Source: Octopus vulgaris
Taxonomy: Eukaryota
Length of the DNA stretch: 64,000 nucleotides
Assembly (NCBI GenBank): GCA_951406725.2
Contig: OX597840.1
Coordinates: 2,790,001 to 2,854,000 of the forward strand
Direction of reading: 5' to 3'
Shown here: in pieces, positions 40,863 to 54,334 of the stretch
How the letters are laid out: every line of letters begins with the position of its first letter
How positions within the stretch are numbered: position 1 is the stretch's first letter
Notes under the pieces: generated by a model
The model's database searches: none
The model's input: only the letters and a program-made list of their open reading frames with translations
What the model was told of the DNA's origin: nothing
Translations under genes and position numbers: made by a program

Positions 40863-41085
40863 TATGAGGGATTGCTGAAAAATGCCTGGTTTTCGGTAAA
40901 AGAAAATGCAAGAGGATCAGTTAATGATTATACTCAACATATTACCTTCTCAAATTCAGACACTGACTGTAGTGGTCCTCCAGATTTTCTAAGACCTGTA
41001 AAAGAACTTATATAAAAGTTTTGCGCCCCCATGCAGGCCTTTCGCGATAACCTTTAATCCAGGACCTATTCAGCAGCCTCTCGTA
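40863..41085. mobile_element. Tc1/mariner-type MITE
   Basis: Imperfect TIRs TATGAGGGATTGCTGAAAAATGCCTGG / CCAGGACCTATTCAGCAGCCTCTCGTA, with TA at both ends. Confidence 0.75.
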
Positions 41086-41151
41086 TATAATTTGTGTAAT
41101 TAAAATACGTTGAGAATTTTTACATAAGTGAAGATTAATTTTAACCTATAT

Positions 41152-41323
41152 AGGCGCAGGAGTGGCTGTGTGGTAAGTAGCTTGCTAACCAACCACATGG
41201 TTCCGGATTCAGTCCCACTGCGCGGCAACTTGGGCAAGTGTCTTCTGCTATAGCCCCGGGTCAACCAATGCCTTGTGAGGGGATTTGGTAGACGGAAACT
41301 GAAAGAAGCCTGTCGTATATATG

Positions 41324-41354
<31 letters not shown>

Positions 41355-41575
41355 TTGTGTGTCTGTGTTTGTCCCCCTAGCATTGCTTGACAGCCGATGC
41401 TGGTGTGTTTACGTCCCCGTCACTTAGCGGTTCGGCAAAAGAGACCGATAGAATAAGTACTGGGCTTACAAAGAATAAGTCCCGGGGTCGATTTGCTCGA
41501 CTAAAGGCAGTGCTCCAGCATGGCCGTAGTCAAATGACTGAAACAAGTAAAAAGAGTAAAAAGAGAAAAAGAGTA
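41152..41575 (+). mobile_element. SINE family A, full length
   Basis: Complete head, body and GAGTAAAAAGAG tail. Confidence 0.93.
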
Positions 41576-42619
41576 TGTATGAAAAATAAGAATAGAAAGA
41601 CACATTTTCATGGAATAAAGGATTTTATATCATAGCGGAACTGAAATTGTATTGGGATACGTATTATTAAGGTGAATTTCGCATACATAATTTATATAGG
41701 TATATATAACAAGGGTGAGACCAGTGGATGTGAAGAATGAAAAGTAAGGAGTCACGTGTGGCTTTGAGTCTTACTCTGATACAAACAAGCATGCGCATAA
41801 CCGACCGCTGATATATACAACAACACATCACGAGACACAAACACATACACATATAAGCATATAAGCATACATGCATACATACACACACACAAAAACGCCC
41901 ACACAAACGCACGCACAAACACATATACATACACACACAAACGCACGCACACATAGACATACACAAAAACACACACATAAACTCACACACAAACACACAC
42001 ACAAGAACACACAAGAAACACACATACACACACACACAAACACACACAGTAAAACACACGCACACACACACAGAAACACACACACCACACAAACACACAT
42101 TGACACGAAAATACACACTCATACACACACACACCACACAAACTCACACACAAATACAATTACACACAACACACAGAAACACACACACACACAAAAACAC
42201 ACACACGCAAGCACACACACACACACAGAAACACACACTCATACACACACCCATTACACAAACTCAAACACACACAAACACACACACACTCCACAAACTC
42301 ACGCACACACACAAACACATTTAATTCATGTTAATATGCACTTTTCCTCATTCCTCTTTTTCTCTTCCTGCATTCTTTCATTCATTAATTCTTTCATAGA
42401 AATTTTTCCGTCATTGTCCTCCACTAATTTACTCCTTCACAACTCCAATTCCTTCATTTCCTTCTTTCTTTCTTCTATTATTCGATGACTTCCTTCTATT
42501 TCTATTCTTCTCTTTTTTCTTGTATTCTCATCTTTTCATCTCGCAATTTTTCCTCTTCATCTTCCTTTCTCTTCTTTCTCCATTTTTGTTTTTTTCATTT
42601 TCTGCTCTTTTGTTTTTCA

Positions 42620-42696
42620 TTTCTTCTTCTTCTTCTTCTTCTTCTTCTTCTTCTTCTTCTTCTTCTTCTTCTTCTTCTTCTTCTTCTTCTTCTTCT

Positions 42697-42733
<37 letters not shown>

Positions 42734-42785
42734 CTTCTTCTTCTTCTTCTTCTTCTTCTTCTTCTTCTTCTTCTTCTTCATATTA

Positions 42786-42853
<68 letters not shown>

Positions 42854-42911
42854 GTTATTATTATTATTATTATTATACTTCTCTTTCTCCTTCTTCTTCT
42901 TCTATTTCTTC

Positions 42912-42988
<77 letters not shown>

Positions 42989-43260
42989 CTTCTTCGTCTT
43001 CGAATTCTTCCTCTTCTTCTTCTTCCTTCTTCTTGCTTTTCTTCTTCCTTTTCTTCTCCTTCCTTCTTTCTCTTTTCCTTCATAATCTCTGCTCTACTTT
43101 CATTTTCTATTATTTTACCATTTTCATCACTCCATCATCATCTTCATCATCATCACCACCATCATCACCACCATCATCTTCACCATCCTCACCATCATCA
43201 TCATCTATTTCTTTTTCATCTTATGTTTTTCTTCTTCTTCTTCATCTTCATCATCATATT
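42620..43260. repeat. Compound (TTC)/(CTG)/(TTA)/(CAT) repeat
   Basis: Seen directly. Confidence 0.95.
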
Positions 43261-43761
43261 ATCTCTTCTGCTTTCATATTCTTCTCCTCATATCAAAGCC
43301 ATTTTGCTCTGCACTCCTTCCTCCATCGAAATCAATGGCTTCATAACACGCCATTGATATCGAAATGACAGCTCGGACGCCATATCATTTGTATATATTT
43401 TATTTGTTTTATTTTGCAGAGATATTTAAGAACAATAACTATTTTTCACACTCGTCGACAATTTTTGCTGCCGCATATGTCCGAAATATTAATTCGGAAA
43501 GAAACAAAAGATCAATACCCACACAGACGCACACACACGTATAGAGACACACATGCAAAGCCAAAAGAAATTTCTACACACGTACAAGGGAAATACGAAC
43601 ATACACGTATCTACATCGTATCCGTAAAATATCCCCCGCATATATATATGTAATATATATATATTTATATATTTGGAAACGGAGAGAGGTAGAGTGGTAT
43701 CCTCCACCTCGCCTTTTATTGCATTTATTTCTTCTTTGTTTTCTTCCTCCCCCTCGTCTTG

Positions 43762-43782
43762 TCTTTCTCTCTCTACTGAGAA

Positions 43783-43815
<33 letters not shown>

Positions 43816-44186
43816 CACACATACGCACACACACAAACACACATACACACATATATATATATATATATATATATTTGAATGCGTATGCATACATATATAT
43901 GTACATCGTATGTATATGTATATATATATATATGCATATAAAATATGTATATATGTTTGTATGCCTTTATGTGTGTGTATATTTATCTGTCTATACATTC
44001 ATGCCCTTAATAAACATACGAACATATATACAAAAATCCCTACATGCATATATACAAAGTTGTGCATGAGTTCAGAGAGAGAGAGAGGAGAGAAATCTTT
44101 CTCTCTCTACTGACAAACACACATACACATATATACACATACACACGTACATAAATATATATCTATAGCTATCTATCTATCTATCG

Positions 44187-44219
<33 letters not shown>

Positions 44220-44243
44220 ACTATCTATCTATCTATCTATCTA

Positions 44244-44302
<59 letters not shown>

Positions 44303-44508
44303 GAATGCGTATGCATACATATATATGTACATCGTATGTATATGTATGTATATATATATATGCATATAAAATATGTATATATGTTTATATGCACTTTATG
44401 TGCATATGGTTATCTGTCTATGCATTTATGCCCTTAATAAACATACATACGTACAGATATACAAAAATCCCTTCATACGTATATAGAAATTCGTGTGAGA
44501 GTCCATAG

Positions 44509-44520
<12 letters not shown>
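43762..44520. repeat. Older two-copy tandem duplication (~335 and ~425 bp, differing in microsatellite content)
   Basis: TTTCTCTCTCTACTGA.AAACACAC, GAATGCGTATGCATACATATATATGTACATCGTATG and ATGCCCTTAATAAACATAC...TACAAAAATCCCT each occur twice. Confidence 0.8.
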
Positions 44521-44570
<50 letters not shown>

Positions 44571-44954
44571 AAGAAGGAAAAGGGAGAGAGAGAGATAATG
44601 GGGACTTGCAGGAGAGGGAGGTCGAAGACATGGAGACAACGGTAGGAACCAGATTGGGTGAAATCGAATGAGCAATAGCGAAGAATATTAATCGCAAATG
44701 ATGAAATAAACATTATGCAAATTATTAACATTATGACAACATCAACAACAATAACAACAACAATAGCGAATTCTGCAATAATGACACAATGCCACATGTG
44801 ATTGGTTGTGGTGGTGGTGCTGCTGGTGGGGGGAATATGGAGGAAAGGAAATTGACGCAATCCTGTTAGGATGAAAGCACACGTCCACCTTGGCTGGATG
44901 TGTATAAATGCTCTACTGATTCTGCTTTTCGCACCGCCGCTTCTCGTCGTATTG

Positions 44955-44963
44955 GTAGTAGTA

Positions 44964-45014
<51 letters not shown>

Positions 45015-45244
45015 AAGAAGTAGAATTAGTAGTAGTAGTAGTAGCAGCAGCAGCAACAGCAGTGGCAGTAGTAGTGGTAGTAGTAGTAGTAGTAGTAGTT
45101 GAAGCAGCAGCAACAGTATTAGTACTAGTAGTAGTAGTTGAAACAGCAGCAGCAACAGCAGTAGCAGTAGTAGTAGTAGTTGTAGTAGTAGTAGTAGTGG
45201 TAGTAGTAATAGTTGAAGCAGCAGCAGCAACAGCAGTAGCAGTG

Positions 45245-45336
<92 letters not shown>

Positions 45337-45403
45337 TGAAGCAGCAGCAGCAACAGCAGTAGCAGTGGTAGTAGTAGTAGTAAGTAGTAGTAGTAGTAGT
45401 AGT

Positions 45404-45444
<41 letters not shown>

Positions 45445-45452
45445 TAGTAGTA
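44955..45452. repeat. (GTA)n/(GCA)n compound repeat with higher-order units
   Basis: Seen directly; GTTGAAGCAGCAGCAGCAACAGCAGTAGCAGT recurs. Confidence 0.93.
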
Positions 45453-45469
45453 TATTAGGGATCGCGGCT

Positions 45470-46260
45470 TCCGTTGCCTGGACCATTTGTTACATTGGAG
45501 TTCTTGAGCAAAAACAGTTCGTCTCAGGGTAGCTCTTCGGTCCCTTCGACACCTTGAGTTTAAGCACACCATTCGTCCGTACAAGTAATACCGGTTTGAT
45601 GGGATGAGTTACCTAAAGCCAGATAAGCCTTACGCGTGACTGCAGACTCTCGGGATAAACCCAGAAGTCAACAATTCTCGGGCACTGAATGGGTTTATGC
45701 AAAACTGTTACGTCGTTCTTGTATCTCAGACGAGCCTAGCTGTCTAAACTACCCTATCTGTAGAGATCATCTCGCACCAGCGAAATCCCTAGTAGAACAG
45801 CCAGGCCAGAATCTACTAGAAAGTATGCATGAACCCCGGTTTGGAAGTACTCTGGAATAGACCAAGCAGTTAATTCTTATCGATACCCAGATTCTCCCCA
45901 AAAGCGTGGAGCGACTCTGGGTCTCTCTGCCTGCCGCTAAAGCTTTATAGAATGCCAAAATGTAGCTTACACCGCCCGCATTGCACGGCTGTCAAGGAGC
46001 TGCGAGCGCCTGACTGTACTTTACGTGTCAAAGTCCCTGCCTTGGTTTATGCGTGATCCAGGACAGCAGCAAAGTCAAAGAGACGAGCTACGGTGAAGCA
46101 AGACTGAGAGACGGAGGCCAAAAGAGGCTCACCGTCCACGAAAATATCTAAATTATGTAGCTGCAGTGTGGTTCTGCTAAGCAACAGCCATGGCATGCCA
46201 AGTCCGCATTCCAGAAATCGCAAGCAACAGATGGACCACTTGACAAGTGCTTGTACCTTC
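45470..46260 (-). pseudogene. Highly degenerate LINE (CR1/L2/Jockey group) RT C-terminal fossil
   Basis: GC-richer island between microsatellites. Minus-strand peptides LLLSRTTLQLHNLDIFVDGEPL, RLFD...LDH and FYKAL loosely follow the post-YADD layout of these LINEs. Many stops. Confidence 0.35.
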
Positions 46261-46263
46261 TTC

Positions 46264-46297
<34 letters not shown>

Positions 46298-46507
46298 CAC
46301 TACTACTACTACTACTACCACTACTGCTACTGCTGCTGCTACTGCTGCTACTGCTGCTGCTTCTGTTGCTGTTACTACTACTGCTGTTGCTGCAGCTGCT
46401 GCTGCTGCTTCTGCTGCAACTACTATAACTACTACAACTACTCCTACTATGACTACTAATGATACTACTACTACTTCTACTACTACTACTACTACTACTA
46501 CTACTAT

Positions 46508-46589
<82 letters not shown>

Positions 46590-46785
46590 CCTATTTACTA
46601 TAGGCACAAAGCCTCAGCTTTGGGGGATTGGAACTAATCGATAACATCGACCCCAAAATTTCACTGGTACTTAATTTATCGATCCTGAAAGGACGAAAGA
46701 GCAAAGTTGACCTCAGCGAAATTTGAACTCAGAACGTTAAGACGGACGAGACGCTGCTAACGAATCGACGAGCTCACAGCCTTAC
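46590..46785 (-). mobile_element. Degenerate SINE family C
   Basis: CTGGTACTTAATTTATCGATCCTGAAAGGACGAAAG...ATTTGAACTCAGAACG, adjacent to (AAT)n. Confidence 0.75.
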
Positions 46786-46929
46786 GAAGAAGAAGAAGAA
46801 GAACAAGAACAAGAAGAAGAAGAAGAACAAGAAGAAGAAGAAGAACAACAACAACAACAACGAGAACAAAAACAATAATCGTATCAACAACACCAACAAC
46901 ACCAACAATTTCTTTTATTTGCATTAAGG

Positions 46930-47400
46930 GCATTGATCAAAGGATTGTTAGAAAGACGAGTTATGCAAAAAGGTGACACAAATCTTTGGAGCCACCAGGA
47001 TATTGTCATGCAAATTGGCAAGAATATGGAAGGTGTTCTTTGGAGTAGAGAAACGAAAGCGACCAAGAATAAAACGAGGGAAACAGACAGGTGTAGCGAA
47101 TGTGTTTGTATTCCAGGTATGGAAAATTCTATGATTTGCAAACATTTGCGTATAAATAAGAGCAAAACGTTGTGTTTGAAGAGTCTTCGAATGCAAACGA
47201 AAATGGAATATTTTAAGAGAATCACAAAGATATTAAAAATCTCATCTTAATTGTAAATTGATGCTATCTGAGCCATCCGCAAATTGACGTTTCCTGTTGT
47301 AACAAATGACTCTCAGATACTGGATGCTGACAGAATAAAACTTCGAAGACTATAAAGGTGAGAAATCAGGTAACAGATAACCGGAAAGCCTGCATAGAAA
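46930..47400 (+). pseudogene. Old R4/Dong-like LINE fossil
   Basis: SHQDIVMQIG...CKHLRI...MEYFKRITKILK parallels FTKEIDMKFG...YKYLGI...KEYYRRVRSILK in the 19.4-kb element. Confidence 0.5.
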
Positions 47401-47569
47401 GACGAGTATACGTTCTAATGTGACAAGGTAGTGATCGCCTGATCCCGTGACCGACGAAATTATTAAATGCCGTTCCACAACGCTGGTTACTATGTATTTT
47501 GCATCGTTTTAGCCATCGTATCGTGCCACCCCGCTGGCTCAGCTTTCAGGCTAATTTCTCCCGTGATCG

Positions 47570-47682
47570 AAACGAGGACTGAAGCAATGTGGAACGAACA
47601 TACGCGACACTCTGTCTGGGAATCGAACCCACGATCAAGCGATCGTGAGTGCGATGACCTAACCACTAGGCCTTGCGCCTTC
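47570..47682 (-). mobile_element. tRNA-derived SINE head
   Basis: Minus strand GGCGCAAGGCCTAGTGGTTAGG...GGGTTCGATTCCCAGAC. Confidence 0.7.
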
Positions 47683-47709
47683 GCATTATAAGTTTGTTTT
47701 ATTTTTATT

Positions 47710-47911
47710 TATACGCCCTTTTCAAGCCTAGCCAGGCTCATGGGCCCGGTTTCACGGTTTCTGTGGCGTACGCGTTCCCCCCAGCTGGACGGGACGTCAG
47801 TCCATCGCAGCGTTACTCATGAAACAGGAAGAGAGAGTGAGAGAAAGTTGGGGTGAAAGAGTACAACAGGGGTCGCCACAAACCCTTAAGGAACCTCGTG
47901 GAGCTTTAGGT
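47710..47911 (-). mobile_element. SINE family B body with an alternative 3' tail
   Basis: Minus strand ACCTAAAGCTCCACGAGG...CAACTTTCTCTCACTCTCTCTTCCTGTTTC matches family B. It then continues GCTGCGATGGACTGACGTCCCGTCCAG... instead of the tail seen at 9580-9756. Confidence 0.75.
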
Positions 47912-48215
47912 ATTGCTGGGGCACCACCGTTGATTGTGCTGCACTAGTATGTGAAACCGTCTCTGATACGTGGAACTTGGTCAACAAGGGAGTATAACAC
48001 CGCTGCCCGCATCTGTGTTTCTTGCCGAGAGGTAGGTTCATCTGGAACCTCTGACAAAAAGAGATCGAGCTTAATTTTAAAGAAACCCACATCCACACCA
48101 TGCAGGTCTCTCAGGCATTTAGGAAGGATATTAAAGAGCTATGGTTCCCTGAAACCCAAACTGTTGCAGTATCTAGTCCTGTATTTTTATATTGATGTTG
48201 GGATATTTGGCACCA
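47912..48215 (-). mobile_element. CR1-group LINE 3' end
   Basis: Minus strand YCNSLGFREP*LFNILPKCLRDLHGVDVGFFKIKLDLFLSEVPDEP has the typical W/FNxLP...FKxxLD C-terminal motif. Confidence 0.75.
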
Positions 48216-48379
48216 TGCTGGAGCACCGCCTTAAATCGAGCAACTCGACCCCGGGACTTATTCTTTGTAAGCCCAGTACATATTCTATCGGTCTCTTTTT
48301 GCCGATGCTGGTGAACACACCAGCATCGGTTGTCAAGCAATGCTAGGGGGACAAACACAGACACACAACCACACACACA

Positions 48380-48451
<72 letters not shown>

Positions 48452-48623
48452 TATATACGACGGACTTCTTTCAGTTTCTGTCTAGCAAATCCACTCACAA
48501 GGCATTGGTCGGCCCGGGCTATGGCAGCAGAGGACACTTGCCCAAGATGCCACGCAGTGGGACTGAACCCGGAACCATGTCGTTGGTTAGCAAGCTACTT
48601 ACCACACAGCCACTCCTGCGCCT
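48213..48623 (-). mobile_element. SINE family A, lacking the 3' tail
   Basis: Colinear with the other copies from the head to GGTGCTCCAGCATGG. Confidence 0.9.
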
Positions 48624-49056
48624 ATATATATTTATATACATATGAGGTGGCAGGAAAGCATCAATCACAACACCTTATCGTGAAACGCGTTCCAGCTATG
48701 ACCATGCCATCTATAATGATTTTAATTCTACATTAGATAATAACATCTCGCATATAAATCTGCTTCGTAAAGATAGTAAACTTTTATAAAATGTGAATTA
48801 GACTGCCATTTCTAGCAAATCTAATGCCCCTGTAAACACCCCGCTTGAAGACTCGTAGCCTATAATAAATGCAGAGATCAAATAAAATGCCAATAAAGAA
48901 AATATGAAGACAGGGAAATCAAGTTATTGCAGATGTATTACCGCCATACATGTGTGGCGTGCGTATATGTGTGTGTATATGTGTGTGTGTGTATGTGTGT
49001 TTCTGAGTCTATGTGTGTGCGCCTGTGTGTGTATGTGAGTGTGTGCGCTTGTGTGT

Positions 49057-49292
49057 GTTTGTGTGTTTGTGTGTATGTATGTATCTATGTATAAATATGT
49101 ATATATGCATGCATATATGTATGAATATATATATATGTATATATATATATACATAACTACACACATATATATATATACATATATGTGCATACATACGTAA
49201 CTACATATGTAAATAAATATGTACACACACACACACATATATATATATACATATATACATACATATGTACACACATACACAACACACACACA

Positions 49293-49336
<44 letters not shown>

Positions 49337-50766
49337 TATGTTTACATATATCTAAATACATGCAATGACACGCGTGTATACACATATATACATTTATATG
49401 TGTGTAATGTGTGCATCTTTGTGTGTACATGTATGTATGTATGTATGTATGTACGTTTGCATGTGAGTATGTATGTATACACTAAATATTTGAACGTGGC
49501 TGAAAAAGAACAAAAAGAAAAGAAAAACGAACAAACACACAAAAAAAAACAAACAAAACGAAACAAAATTTCTCCCAAATGGCATGGATTGAATTATAAA
49601 TATGCCTTCGATGATTTTCCTAATTCTTGGATAATGGAATTCTCGAGAAAATGGCTAGGTTTAGCAGAGACTATAAATATAAAGATTCTGATTGTAAAAG
49701 ACTTTTGAGTAAATGGAAACCAGAATTAAACTATTACTGGTTAAGATGTACGAAGTATTAACATCATTAGAAGAATTTACAAGAATGTTGGGTAGGCGAT
49801 AGATTCTTCAACGTTCATTCCTAACCATTTTTTTTGTTGTTGTATTTGTTACTGTTGCTTCTTCTGCTTCTGCTACTGTTGTTGTTGCTGCTGTTGTTGT
49901 TGTTGTTGTTGTTGTTTGTGTGTTTGTGTGTATGTATGTATCTATGTATAAATATGTATATATGCATGCATATATGTATGAATATATATATATATGTATA
50001 TATATATATACATAACTACACACATATATATATATACATATATGTGCATACATACGTAACTACATATGTAAATAAATATGTACACACACACACACATATA
50101 TATATATATACATATATACATACATATGTACACACATACACAACACACACACACCTATATATATATATATATATATATATATGCATATGTTTACATATAT
50201 CTAAATACATGCAATGACACGCGTGTATACACATATATACATTTATATGTGTGTAATGTGTGCATCTTTGTGTGTACATGTATGTATGTATGTATGTACG
50301 TTTGCATGTGAGTAAGTATGTATACACTAAATATTTGAACGGGGCTGAAAAAGAACAAAAAGAAAAGAAAAACGAACAAACACACAAAAAAAAAAAAACA
50401 AACAAAACGAAACAAAATTTCTCCCAAATGGCATGGATTGAATTATAAATATGCCTTCGATGATTTTCCTAATTCTTGGATAATGGAATTCTCGAGAAAA
50501 TGGCTAGGTTTAGCAGAGACTATAAATATAAAGATTCTGATTGTAAAAGACTTTTGAGTAAATGGAAACCAGAATTAAACTATTACTGGTTAAGATGTAC
50601 GAAGTATTAACATCATTAGAAGAATTTACAAGAATGTTGGGTAGGCGATAGATTCTTCAACGTTCATTCCTAACCATTTTTTTTGTTGTTGTATTTGTTA
50701 CTGTTGCTTCTTCTGCTTCTGCTACTGTTGTTGTTGCTGCTATTGTTGTTGTTGTTGTTGTTGTTT
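49057..50766. repeat. Near-identical head-to-tail duplication (49057-49913 / 49914-50766)
   Basis: The two ~855-bp copies differ by a few substitutions and repeat-length changes. GTTT microhomology at the junction. Confidence 0.93.
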
Positions 50767-50925
50767 AGTAATGTAGCTTTTGACTCTGATTCCAAGAATG
50801 GTAAATGATTCGAAGAATATTACTGGAGACAGGCTGTAGAAAATAAATCCTCTTTTCTTTATGGATGACTTGGAACTATTCATAGATAATGAAGATCAAT
50901 TCGATTAATTTGTACGAATATCCGT
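50425..50925 (+). pseudogene. Old R4/Dong-like reverse transcriptase fossil (first part duplicated at 49578-49830)
   Basis: MAWI/YKYAFDDFPNSWIME resembles MAWIDYKKAFDSVPHSWI; SKWKPEL follows; KINPLFFMDDLELFIDNEDQ resembles INHLLFMDDLKLF (catalytic motif). Confidence 0.75.
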
Positions 50926-51218
50926 TGTCGGTGCTGTTGCTGTTGTTGCAGTTGTTGTTGTTGTTGTTGCTGTTCATGATGATAGTGGTGGTGGTGGTGG
51001 TGGTGTTGCACGTCATAGAGATATACCATCGTTGGCAAAATCGTAAGTTTGTCGCTACTATCGTTCTCTGTTGTTCATTGGCATTCTCAACAGTATAGGA
51101 ATCACTGAAGCTGACCTTGTTGTTTCGGTGAGTGTGAAGACGATGGTGGTGGTGGTGGTGGTGGCGGTGGTAGTTTTGGTGGTTCTGGGTGCGGTGCTGC
51201 TTGTCGTTTTTGATAGTT

Positions 51219-51640
51219 AAGGCGGCGAGCTGGCAGAATCGTTAGCATGCCGGGCGAAATGCGTAGCAGTATTTCGTCTGCCGTTACGTTCTGAGTTCAA
51301 ATTCCGCCGAGGTCGACTTTACCTTTCATCCTTTCGGGGTCGATAAATTAAGTACCAGTTACGCACTGGGGTCGATGTAATCGACTTAACACCTATGTCT
51401 ATCGTTGTTTGTCTCCTCTATGTTTAGCCCCTTGTGGGTAATAAAGAAATAGGTATTTCGTCTGCCGTTACGTTGTGAGTTCAAATTCCGCCGAGGTCGA
51501 CTTTGCTTTTCATCCTTTCGGAGTCGATAAATTAAGTACCAGTTGCGCACTGGGGTCGATGTAATCGACTTAATACCTATGTCTGTCCTTGTTTGTCCTC
51601 TCTATGTTTAGCCTCTTGTGGGTAATAAAGAAATAGGTAT
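51219..51640 (+). mobile_element. SINE family C (head plus two 184-bp bodies)
   Basis: ATTTCGTCTGCCGTTACG starts at 51271 and again at 51455. Confidence 0.92.
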
Positions 51641-51819
51641 TGGTGGTTGTGGTGGTGGTGCTTGTAGTGGTTGTGTTTATGGCGGTGGTTGATGTGTTTG
51701 TAGAGGGGTTATGCTGGTAGTCCTGCTTGTGGTAGTCATGGTTGTGGTGGTGATAGTTGTTGTAGGTGTCGCTCTATTGTTGGTAGTTTGGTGATGATGG
51801 TGGTAGTGGTGATGGTGTC

Positions 51820-52012
51820 TGTTTCTTCCCGCCACAATCGCTTGCCAACCGGCGTTGGTGTGTCTACATCCCAGTAATTTAACGGTTCGACAAAACAAAC
51901 CGATAGAATAAGCACCAAGCTTACAAAGAATAAGTTGAGGTGTCGATTTCTTCACCTAAAAGACAGTGCTCCAGCATGGCCGCAGTCAAATGACTGAAAT
52001 ACGTAAAAGAAA
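51820..52012 (+). mobile_element. Degenerate SINE family A 3' half
   Basis: CCGATAGAATAAGCACCAAGCTTACAAAGAATAAG...GTGCTCCAGCATGGCCGCAGTCAAATGACTGAAA. Confidence 0.8.
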
Positions 52013-52029
52013 GAAACAAAAGATGAAAA

Positions 52030-52234
52030 TCAGGTGCTGAGCTCGTACAATTGTTAGCAATCCGAACAAGATGCTTAGCGGCATTTCGTCCGTTTTTACG
52101 GGGCAGATTTCAAATATTGCTTGTGTCGACTGTGCTCATCATTCGAATAGAATATGTACCAGTTGAACACTGGGGTCCATGTAGCCGACTTACTTTCTCC
52201 TTGAAAATGCTGGTCCTGTGCAAAAATTTGAAAC

Positions 52235-52309
<75 letters not shown>

Positions 52310-52744
52310 GGCGGCGCAAGGCAGTGAGCTGGCAAAATCGCTAGCACGCCGAGCAAAATGCGTAGCAGTATTTCGTCTGCCGCCACGTTCTGAGTTCAAA
52401 TTCCGTCGAGGTCAACTTTGCCTTTCATGCTTTCGGGATCGATAAATTAAGTACCAGTGACGCACTGGGGTCGATATAATCGACTTAATCCGTTTGTCTG
52501 TCCTTGCTTGTCCTCTCTGTGTTTAGCCCCTTGTGGGTAGTAAAGAAATAGGTATTTCGCCTCCTGCTACGTTTTGAGTTCATATCCCGCTGCGGTCGAC
52601 TTTGTCTTTCATCCTTTCGAGGTCGATTAAATAAGCACCAGTTACGCACTGGGTTCGATGCAATCGAATTAATCCCTTACCCCAAATTTGTGGCCCTCTG
52701 CTTCCAGTAGAATGAATTATTATTATTATTATTATTATTATTAA

Positions 52745-52786
<42 letters not shown>

Positions 52787-53110
52787 GATAAAAGCAGCTA
52801 ATAGCGACGAGCTGGAAGAATCGGTAGCACGCCGGGCGAAATGCTTAGCGAAATGCCGCTACGTTCTGAGTTCAAATTCCGCCGAGTTCGACTTTGCCTT
52901 TCATCCTTTCGGAGTTGATAAATTAAGTACCAGGTGAGTACTGGGGTCGATTTGATCGACTGTCCCCGTTCCCACAAAATCCAGGCCTTGTGCCTATAGT
53001 AACAAGGATTATTATTGATTATAATTAGATTTGGTAGAAAGAATTAGAATTGTTATTGGTAGTGGTCTGAGCAGCATTTTGTCCTTCTTCACGTTCTGAG
53101 TTCCACTTCC
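52030..53110 (+). mobile_element. Head-to-tail cluster of SINE family C copies (52030-52235, 52308-52720, 52800-53012, 53030-53110) separated by (ATT)n
   Basis: Repeated GAGCTGG.AGAATCG.TAGCACGCCG and GTTCTGAGTTCAAATTCCG motifs of differing divergence. Confidence 0.85.
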
Positions 53111-54334
53111 GTATGTATGGCCCTTTTTATAAGGTATACGGTAGTAGGTTATTTAAAGGTAAAACCGTAGTTTAATATATACAGGGACGATAAGAAATCA
53201 ATGGGAAGTGAATCGTTTGTGTTTTAACGTCATTATTTAATTAAAATTGGAATATGCTTACAGCTGTTTCTATTTACCAAAAGGGGTAAATTTGCATTTA
53301 CCTCGTTGCAATTGATAGACATCGTCAGAACGATTATAATGCGAAGATAATAAAGAAGGAAAAATAGAAGGAAAGGAAAGGAAAAAATGTTCGTTAATTC
53401 AGTAGTCTTACATGCCAGTGACTTACGTAATTCCACTTGTCAATAGGAGGATAAAAGCGAAGAGAGTTCGTTAAATCTTGAGTCTTATATTTAGTTACTT
53501 TCATAATTCCACGTGTCCGTAGGTTCCTACATTCGGTGCAAATGGTGGCTAGTTGATTGGCGGTGTAAACCGAAGGAGTTAGAGCTATTAGGGATATCCG
53601 GTGTTGTTGTTGTTGTTGGACATATGTAGCTCTAATTTGTAGCTTCTAAGTTAGGCCCTGTAATTTCAATAGAAGCCGTAGTGTAAGGGTAAGGTTATTA
53701 TTTAAAATATGTACGATATAGTGTGTAGAATGGGCTAAGTAAAGGGTTGAAGAATACATAGAAAAACATAGGGAACGATAAGGAAATTATAACGTGTAAA
53801 ATTATAGCGTGGAAATTATAGCGTGTAAACTGAGTCGGTAGTCTAGCTATGAATTGAAATTCAATTATAGGAAAGAGTGCCCTAGCATACTAGATGAAAT
53901 AAGTATGAATTTCAGTATTTGGTTTGTATATATATATATACGTGTATGTACTTACTTACATCTATAGGTATATATATATATCTCTTATTATAAAAGGCAG
54001 ATTTTATCTGCCTCCCTTTGGGAGTTATACAAATCTACAATATAGGATTTCTTCAATTACAATTTACCTAGCATTTTTAAGAGTACAATGCATCGCGTCA
54101 TGCCAGGTCCAGTTTTTAAAATTTAAACTCCAATTAAGCAAAATTTACAGAAAACTCACATTCTGGTGTGTGTGTCAAATGCTTTTCTTAGTCTGGTTTA
54201 CACCACACGCAAACGCACACACACACAAAGGGAGCGAATTGTTTCACTGACGCTATCACCCTTCTCCTCCTTTGTCTTTGCAAGTTTGCAGCTATTAAAG
54301 TGAAAACAGTGAATCCGACAGCGATAAAGAAAAC

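Noticed and set aside
44870-44966. Signal-peptide-like MKAHVHLGWMCINALLILLFAPPLLVVLVVV
   Set aside because: It terminates after 31 codons in a (GTA)n repeat and has no good splice donor.
44866-45584. Thr/Ala-rich mucin- or antifreeze-like ORF
   Set aside because: It derives from a (GTA)n/(GCA)n microsatellite with no synonymous codon variation, and is open on both strands.
52250-53012. Idea that SINE C is mobilised by the Dong LINE because both associate with TAA/ATT repeats
   Set aside because: They lie on opposite strands relative to the repeat, and their 3' ends share no visible sequence.
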